From: Boudabousia marimammalium
GTDB taxonomy: Bacteria; Actinomycetota; Actinomycetes; Actinomycetales; Actinomycetaceae
Assembly: GCF_001936115.1 (NCBI RefSeq)
Contig: NZ_MPDM01000001.1
Coordinates: 146,123 to 210,122 of the forward strand
DNA: 64,000 nucleotides
Reading direction: 5' to 3'
The notes beneath the pieces were generated by a model. That model was not told where the DNA came from, searched no databases, and saw only the letters and a program-made list of their open reading frames with translations. Both the position numbers and the translations under genes were made by a program. Shown one piece after another: positions 42,776 through 52,160 of the stretch (positions are counted from its first letter, which is position 1; the number at the start of each line of letters is the position of its first letter).

Positions 42776-44473
42776 TTATCCGAAGGTGAAGGCATTGGCG
42801 CTCACACCCTTATCGAAAGTCAAAGTGACTTGGGTGCCTTCGGTGATTTCAGGCAGTTCAACCAGACGGTACAGCCGGTAGTCTTGCACTTTCACCTGGC
42901 CGTCTTTCACGTCCATGCCGCCGGGCTGACTGATTCCATCAACCATGACTTTCACCTGGCTGGAGGCTCCGGCAGGTACACCCTCGGCCCCCATCACGAG
43001 GAACATTTTCTTCCCGGTGAAACGGTAGCTTAAAGTGGCGCCAGCAGATTTGGCGGTGATTTTTTCGCCGTCAACCTCCCAGTCGCCGCCTAGGGTCCAC
43101 TCGTTTTGGGTGATACTTTCCGCCGGCTGATAGGTGTTCAACCCAGCCTGCAGGTGAGGGGTGCCCACGAATCCACGGGCCCGGTTCACGCCCAGGTAGG
43201 TTTCCGGGGACTGCTTTTCGGAGCTGGTTTCAACCATCCCTTGGGGTTTGGCCGAGGGCGCGTCCACATTCAGAAGCTGCTGGATAGCTGATTCGGTCTG
43301 CTCATAATCGCCTTCCCCAAAATGGGTGTAGCGGATGTCGCCGTTCTTGTCGATCAGGTATTTGGCCGGCCAGTAGCGGTTATTGAAAGCACGCCAGGTG
43401 GTGAAGTTATTGTCTAGGGCTACCGGGTATTTAATGCCGGCTTCTTGGACAGCGTTTTCTACGTTGGCGGGGACTTTTTCGAAAGCAAATTCGGGGGCGT
43501 GCACGCCAATGATTTCAAAGCCTTTGTCATGGTAGTTGTCGTACCAGGCGTTCAGGTACGGCTGGGTGCGTTGGCAATTAATGCAAGAGTACGTCCAGAA
43601 GTCGATGAGGACTACTTTGCCTTTGAGCTGCTCTAAGGTGGTGGGGTTGGAGTTGATCCATTCTTGCAGGCCAGCCAGTTCCGGCGCCTGCGTGCCAGCG
43701 GGCAACAGCTCACCGGCAGGGGATTCCTCAGCGCCGGCACCATTATCGGAGTCCGGGATGAGGCTTTCTTCTAACTGGGTGATGGAAGGGGCCCAGTCTA
43801 CCGCCCAGGTTTGGATTTTTTTGTCCACGCCGGTGACGATGGAGATACCCACCAGAATGAAGAGGATAGCGAGTGCGCGCTGGAACCAACCGTAGGGGTT
43901 AGCCAGCCAGCCGAGCTTGGTTATTAGGGCGCGGCCCAGCATGGCGATAGCCAAGAGGACAATAGCCAGACCAATGCAGTACATGGCCAGATAGAACAGG
44001 CCGACAGCCGGTTCGGCGGGCAGCACGGTCGCAATCACCCACGCATAGGTGGGGCTGCAGCTGGAGAAAACGGGGCCGAGGGCGGCGCCGGTTAAGATAG
44101 CGGACCAGGTGCCGTTATTTTTGCTGCGGGCGTTGTCCAGCATTTCATGGGATTTATTTCCCAGTTTGGTCCAGGTCATGACACGGGCCCAGAGGCTGGG
44201 GAAGAGCATGACGAAGCCAAGGATGATTACCAGGATGCCGGAAATGAACGGCCAAACACCGGGGTCAATATCAATCAGGAGGGTGCTGGCTTTAAGCAAA
44301 ACTGTGAAGACCAGCAGTGAAGTCACCAGGGAGGCGGACACAATCAGGGGGCGTTTCCAGCCGCCTTTGTTGTCGAGGCTGCCGCCCACAATGATGGGCA
44401 GGAAGGGTAACACGCAAGGCGCGAGGGCGGAAAGCATGCCCGCCAGGAGCGAAAGTAGGGCGATTATTAGCAT
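42776..44473 (-). CDS. DipZ-like fusion: CcdA/DsbD transmembrane domain plus TlpA/ResA-like thioredoxin domain (CxxC = CINC) plus C-terminal domain
   Basis: The N-terminus has the CcdA-type motif MLSALAPCVLPFLP. The central domain reads LIDFWTYSCINCQRT. The architecture matches mycobacterial DipZ. Confidence 0.7.
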   Translation of the reverse strand: MLIIALLSLLAGMLSALAPCVLPFLPIIVGGSLDNKGGWKRPLIVSASLVTSLLVFTVLLKASTLLIDIDPGVWPFISGILVIILGFVMLFPSLWARVMTWTKLGNKSHEMLDNARSKNNGTWSAILTGAALGPVFSSCSPTYAWVIATVLPAEPAVGLFYLAMYCIGLAIVLLAIAMLGRALITKLGWLANPYGWFQRALAILFILVGISIVTGVDKKIQTWAVDWAPSITQLEESLIPDSDNGAGAEESPAGELLPAGTQAPELAGLQEWINSNPTTLEQLKGKVVLIDFWTYSCINCQRTQPYLNAWYDNYHDKGFEIIGVHAPEFAFEKVPANVENAVQEAGIKYPVALDNNFTTWRAFNNRYWPAKYLIDKNGDIRYTHFGEGDYEQTESAIQQLLNVDAPSAKPQGMVETSSEKQSPETYLGVNRARGFVGTPHLQAGLNTYQPAESITQNEWTLGGDWEVDGEKITAKSAGATLSYRFTGKKMFLVMGAEGVPAGASSQVKVMVDGISQPGGMDVKDGQVKVQDYRLYRLVELPEITEGTQVTLTFDKGVSANAFTFG

Positions 44474-44585
44474 CGTTATGGCTTTCAGGTTTGAGGGTGT
44501 AGGTAGGCCCGGATCTGCCAGTGCCTGCGCAAGAGTTGCGGTTCTTGCCTAGGAACTAGCGGATCCGGGCCGGAAGAGGAACTGG

Positions 44586-45134
44586 TTACTTGCTGAGCTT
44601 CTTCGCTAGGTCCGCGGCGTTGGTGCCGGTCCACTGGTTCAGGGCTTTGCCGTCTTTATCTACCTGCACGAAGGTGTGCTGCATGGTGACGCCGTACTTC
44701 TTACGTAGGTCAGTGTGGGTGTCGTAGTCAACGGAGACGACGGTTGCGTTTTCCGGGATGAGGGACATATCGGATTTGAAGGCTTCATCGGCGGCGCGGC
44801 AGGCGGGGCACCAGGTGGCGTTAAAGAAGAGCACCACGTCGCGGTTCATGTAGGAGTCCATGTGGCCCATGTATTCGTCGTATTTGACGTAGGAGGCGGG
44901 CTTCATCATGCCGTCAGGGGTCATGGCTTTATCCATATTTTCCATGCTCTCCGGAGTCATGGACTTGTCCATTTTCTCCATTGATTCTGGGGTCATGGTC
45001 ATTTCCATGGTTTTTTCCATGGTCATGCCGTCGGGGGTCATCGCATCTTTGGGCTCATCCGCACTGGAGCACCCGGCAAGGGTGGTGGCTAGTACGGCGG
45101 CGGCGGACATTGCAATCATTACTGTTTTTCTCAT
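44586..45134 (-). CDS. Thioredoxin-fold lipoprotein (WCPAC) with an N-terminal methionine-rich repeat region
   Basis: It has a signal peptide with lipobox LAGC. The repeats MTPESMEKMDKSMTPESMENMDKAMTPDGMM are followed by a thioredoxin CxxC fold. Confidence 0.6.
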   Translation of the reverse strand: MRKTVMIAMSAAAVLATTLAGCSSADEPKDAMTPDGMTMEKTMEMTMTPESMEKMDKSMTPESMENMDKAMTPDGMMKPASYVKYDEYMGHMDSYMNRDVVLFFNATWCPACRAADEAFKSDMSLIPENATVVSVDYDTHTDLRKKYGVTMQHTFVQVDKDGKALNQWTGTNAADLAKKLSK

Positions 45135-45308
45135 GTCTTTAACTCTGTCACAGGAACCCTTACAGACTGGGGGAGGATTTTATTAACAAAGTATGAACAG
45201 TTCTTTCGATTTGATTTTCTCTTGCTCTGGGGTGTTCACCCTCCCTGAATCTTTCGGGGCGGGTTAGAATATGGGTGTTGACCTATATCTTTATGGAGGA
45301 GTACTTAA

Positions 45309-46010
45309 ATGGGACTATTCGACAAAGCAGAGCGCGCTGTCGAGAAGTCGGTAAATAGCGTCTTCTCAAAGATGTCTCATGCTCCTTTAAAGTCTGTTGA
45401 TTTAGCTGCTGAGCTCAAACGCAGCATGGATGAAGCGATGCCTGTTGAGGGAACCCCGGACGTGCATTACAACTTCTTCACGGTGGCGCTTTCTCCGCAG
45501 GATTTTGAGAGTCTCACTAAGGACAGTTCGATTAGTCAGCTCTCTGAGTCTTTAGCTGATGAGCTTTACTTTTATGCGGAGGAGCAGCAGTTTTACCTGC
45601 TCGGCGATATTTCGGTGACTGTGGTTTCCAGTGAGAGCACTGGCGCGGGCCGCATCATGGTGACTCCGCAGATTCATCACACGGCGACCGCTCCGGCTTT
45701 TAACTATGCGGCGACCGCTGCGCATCCCATTATTGAGCTTGATGGCCGTCTCTACCGCCTGAATCAGCCGGTGATTGTGATGGGCCGGGGCACGCAGGCC
45801 GATATTCGTTTGAATGATAATGGGGTTTCGCGTGAGCATTTGGAGCTGAAGAACACTGACCAGGGCATGATTGCGACCGATTTGAACTCTACGAATGGCA
45901 CTTTCGTGGAGGATCAGCGGGTCACGCTGGTTCGTTTGGTGGATGAGAACCTGGTGCGAATCGGCAATACGACTTTCACTTTCTTCACTGGTGATGAGGG
46001 TGGGATTTAA
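45309..46010 (+). CDS. fhaA: FHA-domain protein FhaA (DUF3662 plus FHA)
   Basis: It has a C-terminal FHA domain and sits at the conserved position before fhaB and pstP. Confidence 0.8.
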   Translation: MGLFDKAERAVEKSVNSVFSKMSHAPLKSVDLAAELKRSMDEAMPVEGTPDVHYNFFTVALSPQDFESLTKDSSISQLSESLADELYFYAEEQQFYLLGDISVTVVSSESTGAGRIMVTPQIHHTATAPAFNYAATAAHPIIELDGRLYRLNQPVIVMGRGTQADIRLNDNGVSREHLELKNTDQGMIATDLNSTNGTFVEDQRVTLVRLVDENLVRIGNTTFTFFTGDEGGI

Positions 46011-46534
46011 TGAGCAATGAACTGTTAGTTACCCTCATCCGGGTGGGTTACCTGGCCCTGTTGTGGCTGATGGTGATTGCCTGCCTGTCGGTTTTGCGCC
46101 GAGATATTTTTGGCACCATGGTGACGCCTCGGGGACGAGGGCGCGGCGCCGCTACGCGTCGCCGGGCTGCGGTTGCGCCGGCTAACGCGGCGGAAGCTCC
46201 GCCGTTGCCGGGCGCTGCTACTTTCCCGAAATCCGACGGTAAAGCTCCGCTGCGTCTGATTGTGATGTCTGGTCCTTTGGCAGGCACCAGTCTGCCTTTA
46301 GATAATTCTCCGATTGTGATTGGTCGTTCCCCGACTTCGACTTTGGCTTTGCGGGATGATTATGCTTCCAGTCAGCATGCGCGTTTGTTCCCGAATCAGC
46401 AGGGCTGGTGGCTGGAGGATCTGGGTTCTCGGAATGGCACTTTCGTTGATGATGAGAGACTAGTTGAGGCACGGCCTGTGCATGAGGGTGTGCAGTTCCG
46501 GATTGGCAGCACCACTTTGCAGATTGGACGATAG
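46010..46534 (+). CDS. fhaB: FHA-domain membrane protein FhaB/FipA
   Basis: It has an N-terminal TM segment and a C-terminal FHA domain. Its start overlaps the fhaA stop (TAATG). Confidence 0.8.
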   Translation: MSNELLVTLIRVGYLALLWLMVIACLSVLRRDIFGTMVTPRGRGRGAATRRRAAVAPANAAEAPPLPGAATFPKSDGKAPLRLIVMSGPLAGTSLPLDNSPIVIGRSPTSTLALRDDYASSQHARLFPNQQGWWLEDLGSRNGTFVDDERLVEARPVHEGVQFRIGSTTLQIGR

Positions 46535-46536
46535 TC

Positions 46537-47862
46537 ATGCCGATCGAGTTACGTTACGCGGCCCGCTCCGATGTGGGTTTGGTCCGCAAACAGAATCAAG
46601 ATTCCGGCTATGCGGGTCAGCATCTACTGGTACTAGCTGATGGCATGGGTGGTCCTGCCGGTGGCGATATTGCCTCATCGGTGGCGGTCGCTCACCTATC
46701 TGCTTTAGATCAGGATGCTTTCGCAGCGGAGGAGCTCCTCCCCAATTTGAAGCAGGCTATCCAGGCGGCTCACGATGAGCTGGTGGCGCGCTCTCAGGCG
46801 GACACTGAGCTGGAAGGCTTGGGCACTACCTGCATTGCAATGCTGCGTTCGGGCCGAAAACTGGCGATGGTCCATATTGGTGATTCACGCGCCTACGTGC
46901 TTAACGGTGGCGTGTTAACCCAGGTGACGAAAGATCATTCTTTTGTCCAGTACCTGGTTGATACCGGCCAGATTACGGAGGAGCAGGCAGAGCATCACCC
47001 TCAAAAGTCCGTGATTTTACGGGTTTTGGGTGATTCTGAATCCGATGTGGTCCCGGATGAGTCTTTGCGTGAAGCCGTGCCGGGTGACCGCTGGCTACTG
47101 TGCTCTGATGGTCTTCATGGCGTGGTCAGTAAAGAAACCATCACTGAGGTTTTAACTACTTTCAAGAATCTCGATGAGTGCGCCGATAAGCTGGTGGAGC
47201 TAGCGCTTCGCGGCGGAGGCCCCGATAACGTCACGGTGGTGGTCGCTGATGTGGTCTCCCAGGTTTCTGATGTGCCGCAAAATATTCCCCAAATTGTGGG
47301 TTCAGCTGCTACTGATCGTTTGAAGAAAACTACCGATGAAACTTCCTCGGCCTCACGCGCTGCCGCTTTGACAGCGAACTCCACGCAGCTGGAAGACCCG
47401 CAGGGTGAAGAGGCGAAAGAGAATCATCAGCCGCGGAAGCGGCGCAAACTGTGGCGCGGGTTGCTGGCCGCCGTCTTGGTGCTGGCCGCGCTGACGGGTG
47501 CGGGCGTGGCCGCCTACCAGTGGGTGAGCAGTCAGTACTACGCCATTTTGGATGATGAAAGTATCGTGATCTATAACGGACTGCCGCAGCAGATTGGCCC
47601 CTGGGTTTTAGCTTCCGAGGTGGAAGTCCGTCACGATGACCGGATTGCTGACTTGCTCCCGGCCACCAAGAATCGGCTGAAAGAGCCGGTTCGCCGGGAT
47701 TCTTTGCAGGCGCTGGATGAGTATTTGGATAATCTGTTTGAGACCGATTTCCAGCAGCGTTTAGAAGCAAAAATGGAAGAAGACCGGGCTAAATCTTTTA
47801 CCCCGGAGACTTTGACCACCCCCGAGTCTACTCCTTCGGCCCCGGCGCCCAAGCAGGAGTGA
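46537..47862 (+). CDS. pstP: PP2C-family Ser/Thr phosphatase PstP
   Basis: It has PP2C motifs (DGMGG), a TM segment and an extracellular tail. Confidence 0.85.
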   Translation: MPIELRYAARSDVGLVRKQNQDSGYAGQHLLVLADGMGGPAGGDIASSVAVAHLSALDQDAFAAEELLPNLKQAIQAAHDELVARSQADTELEGLGTTCIAMLRSGRKLAMVHIGDSRAYVLNGGVLTQVTKDHSFVQYLVDTGQITEEQAEHHPQKSVILRVLGDSESDVVPDESLREAVPGDRWLLCSDGLHGVVSKETITEVLTTFKNLDECADKLVELALRGGGPDNVTVVVADVVSQVSDVPQNIPQIVGSAATDRLKKTTDETSSASRAAALTANSTQLEDPQGEEAKENHQPRKRRKLWRGLLAAVLVLAALTGAGVAAYQWVSSQYYAILDDESIVIYNGLPQQIGPWVLASEVEVRHDDRIADLLPATKNRLKEPVRRDSLQALDEYLDNLFETDFQQRLEAKMEEDRAKSFTPETLTTPESTPSAPAPKQE

Positions 47863-47869
47863 TGGGCTG

Positions 47870-49330
47870 ATGGCAACTATTTCTGTTCGGCCTGCCCGAC
47901 CGGGGCGCCTGCCTGAACTATTCCTCATGTTCATGGCAGTCCTCATTGGCGTGGGCGGATATGCAGCCACCGCTTATTCACGGACCGGCACCCTCCCGCA
48001 AGGTTTCACCACCCATATTGCGGCTTTCTTGGGACTAGCTGTGGTCGCCTCAGTGCTGGTCAAAATCTACGCCCCCTACGCTGACCCGGTGATTATGCCG
48101 GTCGCAGTAGCTTTGAATGGCCTGGGTTTAGCCATGATTTACCGGCTTGATCAGTCATATATTGAGGCAGGAAAAACCCTCTATGTGACTGGTACCAGGC
48201 AGCTGACCTGGACCTTTTTAGGGATTGGTGTGGCCGCCCTGATTCTGATTCTGCTGACTTCGCATCGCCGGCTTCGCACCACGCCTTTGCTGTGGATGAT
48301 TCTGTCTCTGATTCTGTTGGTAAGCCCGCTGATTCCCTTCATTGGACGCAGCATCAATGGCGCCACCATTTGGGTGAAGATCGGCCCTATTAGCGGCCAG
48401 CCTGCTGAGCTCGCCAAAGTGACTTTGGCGATTGCTTTCGCCGGCTACCTGGTGGCTTACCGTGACCGCCTGACTTTGGGCGGGAAAAAATTCTTAGGGA
48501 TTCGCTTGCCCAGGCTGCAAGACCTCGGCCCCCTCGTCATCGTTTGGGCCATGTCTATTGTGGTGCTGGTACTGCAGCGCGACCTCGGCACCAGCTTGCT
48601 GCTCTTTGGCCTGTTCGTTGCCATGCTGTATGTGGCGACCGACCGGGTTTCCTGGATTGTGCTGGGCCTGACCATGTTCTTTGGCGCGGCGGCTGTCGCG
48701 GTGCAATACATTTCGCATGTGGGCGCTCGCATCACCGTCTGGCTCCACACTTTCGACCCGGACGTTTATTCCGCTCCGCGTGGCTCCTGGCAGCTGGCGC
48801 AAGCCCAGTTCGGGATGGCTTCAGGCGGCATGTTCGGTTACGGCTGGGGCCGCGGCTATCCGACGGAGGTTTACGCCGCGCATTCCGATATGATTCTGGC
48901 CAGTTTCGGTGAAGAACTGGGCTTGACGGGTCTGCTGGCAATCTTCATGCTGTACCTGATTTTGCTGGAGCGCGGCATGCGTGCTGCCGTCAGCGTCCGC
49001 GATGGTTTCGGCAAACTATTGGCGACTGGCCTGACTTTCTCCATCGCTTTCCAACTGTTCGTGGTGGGCGGCGGTATCCTGCGCATTATTCCGCTGACCG
49101 GTCTGACTGCGCCGTTCTTGGCGGCGGGCGGCTCTTCCTTGGTTTCCAGTTGGATTATTGTTGCCTTGCTGCTGCGCCTGTCCGATGCGGCTCGTCGTCC
49201 GGCTGAAGATCCGCTGACCTCCACTAGGTCGGTACAAAAACTGTCCAATTGGTGGAAGAAACGACAGGCCGAAGGCGCCGAGGAAGATGCAAACACTGAT
49301 TCTGATGTGGCAGCGGAGGTGATGTCATGA
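47870..49330 (+). CDS. rodA: SEDS-family peptidoglycan glycosyltransferase RodA/FtsW
   Basis: It has the FtsW/RodA/SpoVE family fold with about 10 TM segments. Confidence 0.85.
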   Translation: MATISVRPARPGRLPELFLMFMAVLIGVGGYAATAYSRTGTLPQGFTTHIAAFLGLAVVASVLVKIYAPYADPVIMPVAVALNGLGLAMIYRLDQSYIEAGKTLYVTGTRQLTWTFLGIGVAALILILLTSHRRLRTTPLLWMILSLILLVSPLIPFIGRSINGATIWVKIGPISGQPAELAKVTLAIAFAGYLVAYRDRLTLGGKKFLGIRLPRLQDLGPLVIVWAMSIVVLVLQRDLGTSLLLFGLFVAMLYVATDRVSWIVLGLTMFFGAAAVAVQYISHVGARITVWLHTFDPDVYSAPRGSWQLAQAQFGMASGGMFGYGWGRGYPTEVYAAHSDMILASFGEELGLTGLLAIFMLYLILLERGMRAAVSVRDGFGKLLATGLTFSIAFQLFVVGGGILRIIPLTGLTAPFLAAGGSSLVSSWIIVALLLRLSDAARRPAEDPLTSTRSVQKLSNWWKKRQAEGAEEDANTDSDVAAEVMS

Positions 49331-50769
49331 ATCCGCAGATTCGTAAACTTACTGTAGCGATGGCCATCATGATTGTCTCACTCCTAGTGATGGCCACTTA
49401 CGTGCAGTTCTGGCGGGCCCCGGAGCTTTCCAATGATGCCCGTAACCGCCGTGACACTTACCAGTCGTGGGGGCAAGATCGTGGCCCCATTATTGTGGAC
49501 GGCACAGAGATTGCCCTTTCTGAAAAGAATCAGGCGGGTGATCGGTATCATCGTGTCTACCCGGAGGGGCCGCTCTACGCTGCGGTGACCGGCTATTCGG
49601 CAGAAAGAATCCATGTTTCCACTGGTTTGGAGCGGGTTGCCGCTTCGGAGTTGGATGGTTCTTCTAATACTTTTTTTGCGCAGCGGATTAAAGCCATGTT
49701 CACGGGTAAGGACCCGCAGGGCGGCGCCATCCAGTTGACCTTGAATCCGCAAATGCAAAAAGCTGCTTTTGCGGCGTTGGGGGATCGGCGCGGCGCCGTC
49801 GTAGCTTTGGATGTGAAGACCGGTGCGATTAAGGCACTGGTTTCCACGCCTTCTTTCGATCCTAATCTGCTCACCATGGAAGATGGTAAGACGGCTCAAA
49901 CAAATCTGGAAACCCTGCAGGATGACCCGCGCGCTCCACTGGTCAACCGGGCAATTTCTGGTAATCGTTATCCGCCTGGCTCGGTGTTCAAGATTGTCAC
50001 CGCGGCAGCGGCTCTTCAGGCTAATGATTTGTCCCCGGAAACAGTGATTGACGCTCCGCGGGAACTGCAGTTACCGGGTTCAACTGCCACTATTAAGAAT
50101 GATGGTGGGGCGGCCTGCGGTAGCGGCACGGTTCCCTTCAAGGAGGCGTTCGCCCGCTCTTGCAATACAGTGTTTGCGCAAATGTCCATGGATTTAGGTC
50201 AGGCAGCCATGCAGAAGCAGGCCGCTGACTTTGGTTTCGGTGAGGATCTGGCGACGCCGTTGGCTGTCACCCCCTCGATCTTCCCCGATACGAAATCAGC
50301 CCCGCAGTTAGCGCAAAGCGGCATCGGCCAGTTCGAGGTGCAAGTCACTCCGATGCAGGTCGCTTTGATTTCCGCGGCGGTCGCCAACCAGGGCAAGATG
50401 ATGTACCCGTACCTGATTGAATCCACCGCTGACCGTGACTTGGTGGTGCGGGCGAAGACCGCTCCGCGCGTGTGGAAGCAGGCAATCAGCCCGCAGGTCG
50501 CGCAGCAGCTCACCAACATGATGGTTGAAGTAGTCAATAGCGGCACCGGTAAGCGGGCCGCGATCAAAGGCATTCAGGTGGCCGGCAAGACCGGCACCGC
50601 TGAGACTGGCCGAGGGGGTGCGCACGCCTGGTTCACTGGTTTCGCGCCTGCCGGCGATCCCCGATACGCGGTCGCTGTGATTGTTGAATCTGAGGACGGG
50701 AAAGCCTTCCATGGTGGACAGGTCGCTGCCCCGATTGCCGCTGAGGTTTTGAAAGCGGGGCTGAGATGA
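49327..50769 (+). CDS. pbpA: Penicillin-binding protein 2 (transpeptidase) PbpA
   Basis: It has the transpeptidase motifs SVFK, SGN and KTGT. Confidence 0.85.
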   Translation: MNPQIRKLTVAMAIMIVSLLVMATYVQFWRAPELSNDARNRRDTYQSWGQDRGPIIVDGTEIALSEKNQAGDRYHRVYPEGPLYAAVTGYSAERIHVSTGLERVAASELDGSSNTFFAQRIKAMFTGKDPQGGAIQLTLNPQMQKAAFAALGDRRGAVVALDVKTGAIKALVSTPSFDPNLLTMEDGKTAQTNLETLQDDPRAPLVNRAISGNRYPPGSVFKIVTAAAALQANDLSPETVIDAPRELQLPGSTATIKNDGGAACGSGTVPFKEAFARSCNTVFAQMSMDLGQAAMQKQAADFGFGEDLATPLAVTPSIFPDTKSAPQLAQSGIGQFEVQVTPMQVALISAAVANQGKMMYPYLIESTADRDLVVRAKTAPRVWKQAISPQVAQQLTNMMVEVVNSGTGKRAAIKGIQVAGKTGTAETGRGGAHAWFTGFAPAGDPRYAVAVIVESEDGKAFHGGQVAAPIAAEVLKAGLR

Positions 50770-52160
50770 TTCATAAAGGCGCGGTCTACGGCGGCCGCTA
50801 TGAACTGACTGACCATATTGCGGTCGGCGGCATGGGGGAAGTGTGGAAAGCACATGACCGGCTCCGTGACCGTGAGGTTGCCATTAAGGTACTCCGTGAT
50901 GATCTGGCTGGTGATAAGCATTTCTTGCAGCGGCTGGCGATTGAAGCGCAGAATGCGCAGCGGATGAAACATCCGAATCTGGCTGCAGTCCTTGACCACG
51001 GTGAAGATAATCAGGTGGGATGGCTAGTCATGGAACTAGTTGAAGGCTACCCGCTGGTTGACTATGTGGCGAACGGTCACACCCTGACGGTGGAGCAGCT
51101 TCTTCCTTTGCTTTACCAGGTGGCTTTAGCTCTGACTGCCGTGCATGCGGCGGGCGTAGTCCACCGCGATATTAAACCCGGTAATTTCCTGATTGACACA
51201 GCCGGGCATTTGAAGCTGACTGATTTTGGGATTTCGCGGGCCGCCCAGCAAGCTGATTTGACTGAGGTCGGCATGGTGATGGGGACCGCCCAGTATTTGC
51301 CGCCCGAACAAGCCAAGGGTGAGGTCGCTACCCCGCTGGGAGACCTCTACAGTGTCGGCATTATCGCCTATGAGGCACTGGTTGGGCACCGTCCTTTCAC
51401 TGGTGAAACCCAGGTTGATATTGCTATCGCACATGTGAATCAGAAGGTTCCGCCACTACCGGAGACTATTCCGGCGCTGATGCGCACCCTGGTGATGTCT
51501 TTGCTGCAGAAGAACCCTGCGAACCGTCCGAAGGATGCCATCGCTTTCGCCCGGCAGGTCGCCTATGTGGCTCAGCAGCTTGAAGTGTCTTTGCAACCGG
51601 TACCGTTAGGCCCGCCCGATGCGGAGCAACTGGCCACCCCGAAGGTTACGCCCCCGGCGGCGAATGCGTCCTCGGCGCAGCCCCCTCGTCCTGCCTCCGA
51701 AACAGTGCAGGCAGCGTCGCAGCAGTCAGCGTCGGGAGCTAAATCGGCTGAGCCCGCCGCCAGACGAGTGGTACGAAAAACCGTTGCTACGAAACCCGCC
51801 CCAGCCCAGAGTACGGTCTTGGATCCAGTCCAAAGCAGCGAATGGCATCACTTCGAGCAGTCCTGGGATAGCCTTGTCAGTGAAGAAAACACTGATCTTC
51901 CAGAGGATTCCGCAGGGGCCCACAATTTTGCGGATGCGCCCGCTAAGGAGCGCAAATCTGACCACGTTACGACCAGTTTTACCCTAAAAAATGGTAATCT
52001 CACACAAAATAGCCCACTATGGCTACTAGCTGTGATTGTTCTGGTCCTCATAATAATCGCAGTACTGATGCAGTTTGGTTTGCACACTTTGAGCTACTCC
52101 GGCTCATACATTCAGGAGATGGAGGGAACCTTATGGTTGAATCACGCGCTCAGCGTCTAG
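50766..52160 (+). CDS. pknA: Ser/Thr protein kinase PknA-like
   Basis: It has Hanks kinase motifs (HRDIKPGN, DFG), a Pro/Ala-rich linker and a C-terminal TM segment. Confidence 0.85.
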   Translation: MIHKGAVYGGRYELTDHIAVGGMGEVWKAHDRLRDREVAIKVLRDDLAGDKHFLQRLAIEAQNAQRMKHPNLAAVLDHGEDNQVGWLVMELVEGYPLVDYVANGHTLTVEQLLPLLYQVALALTAVHAAGVVHRDIKPGNFLIDTAGHLKLTDFGISRAAQQADLTEVGMVMGTAQYLPPEQAKGEVATPLGDLYSVGIIAYEALVGHRPFTGETQVDIAIAHVNQKVPPLPETIPALMRTLVMSLLQKNPANRPKDAIAFARQVAYVAQQLEVSLQPVPLGPPDAEQLATPKVTPPAANASSAQPPRPASETVQAASQQSASGAKSAEPAARRVVRKTVATKPAPAQSTVLDPVQSSEWHHFEQSWDSLVSEENTDLPEDSAGAHNFADAPAKERKSDHVTTSFTLKNGNLTQNSPLWLLAVIVLVLIIIAVLMQFGLHTLSYSGSYIQEMEGTLWLNHALSV

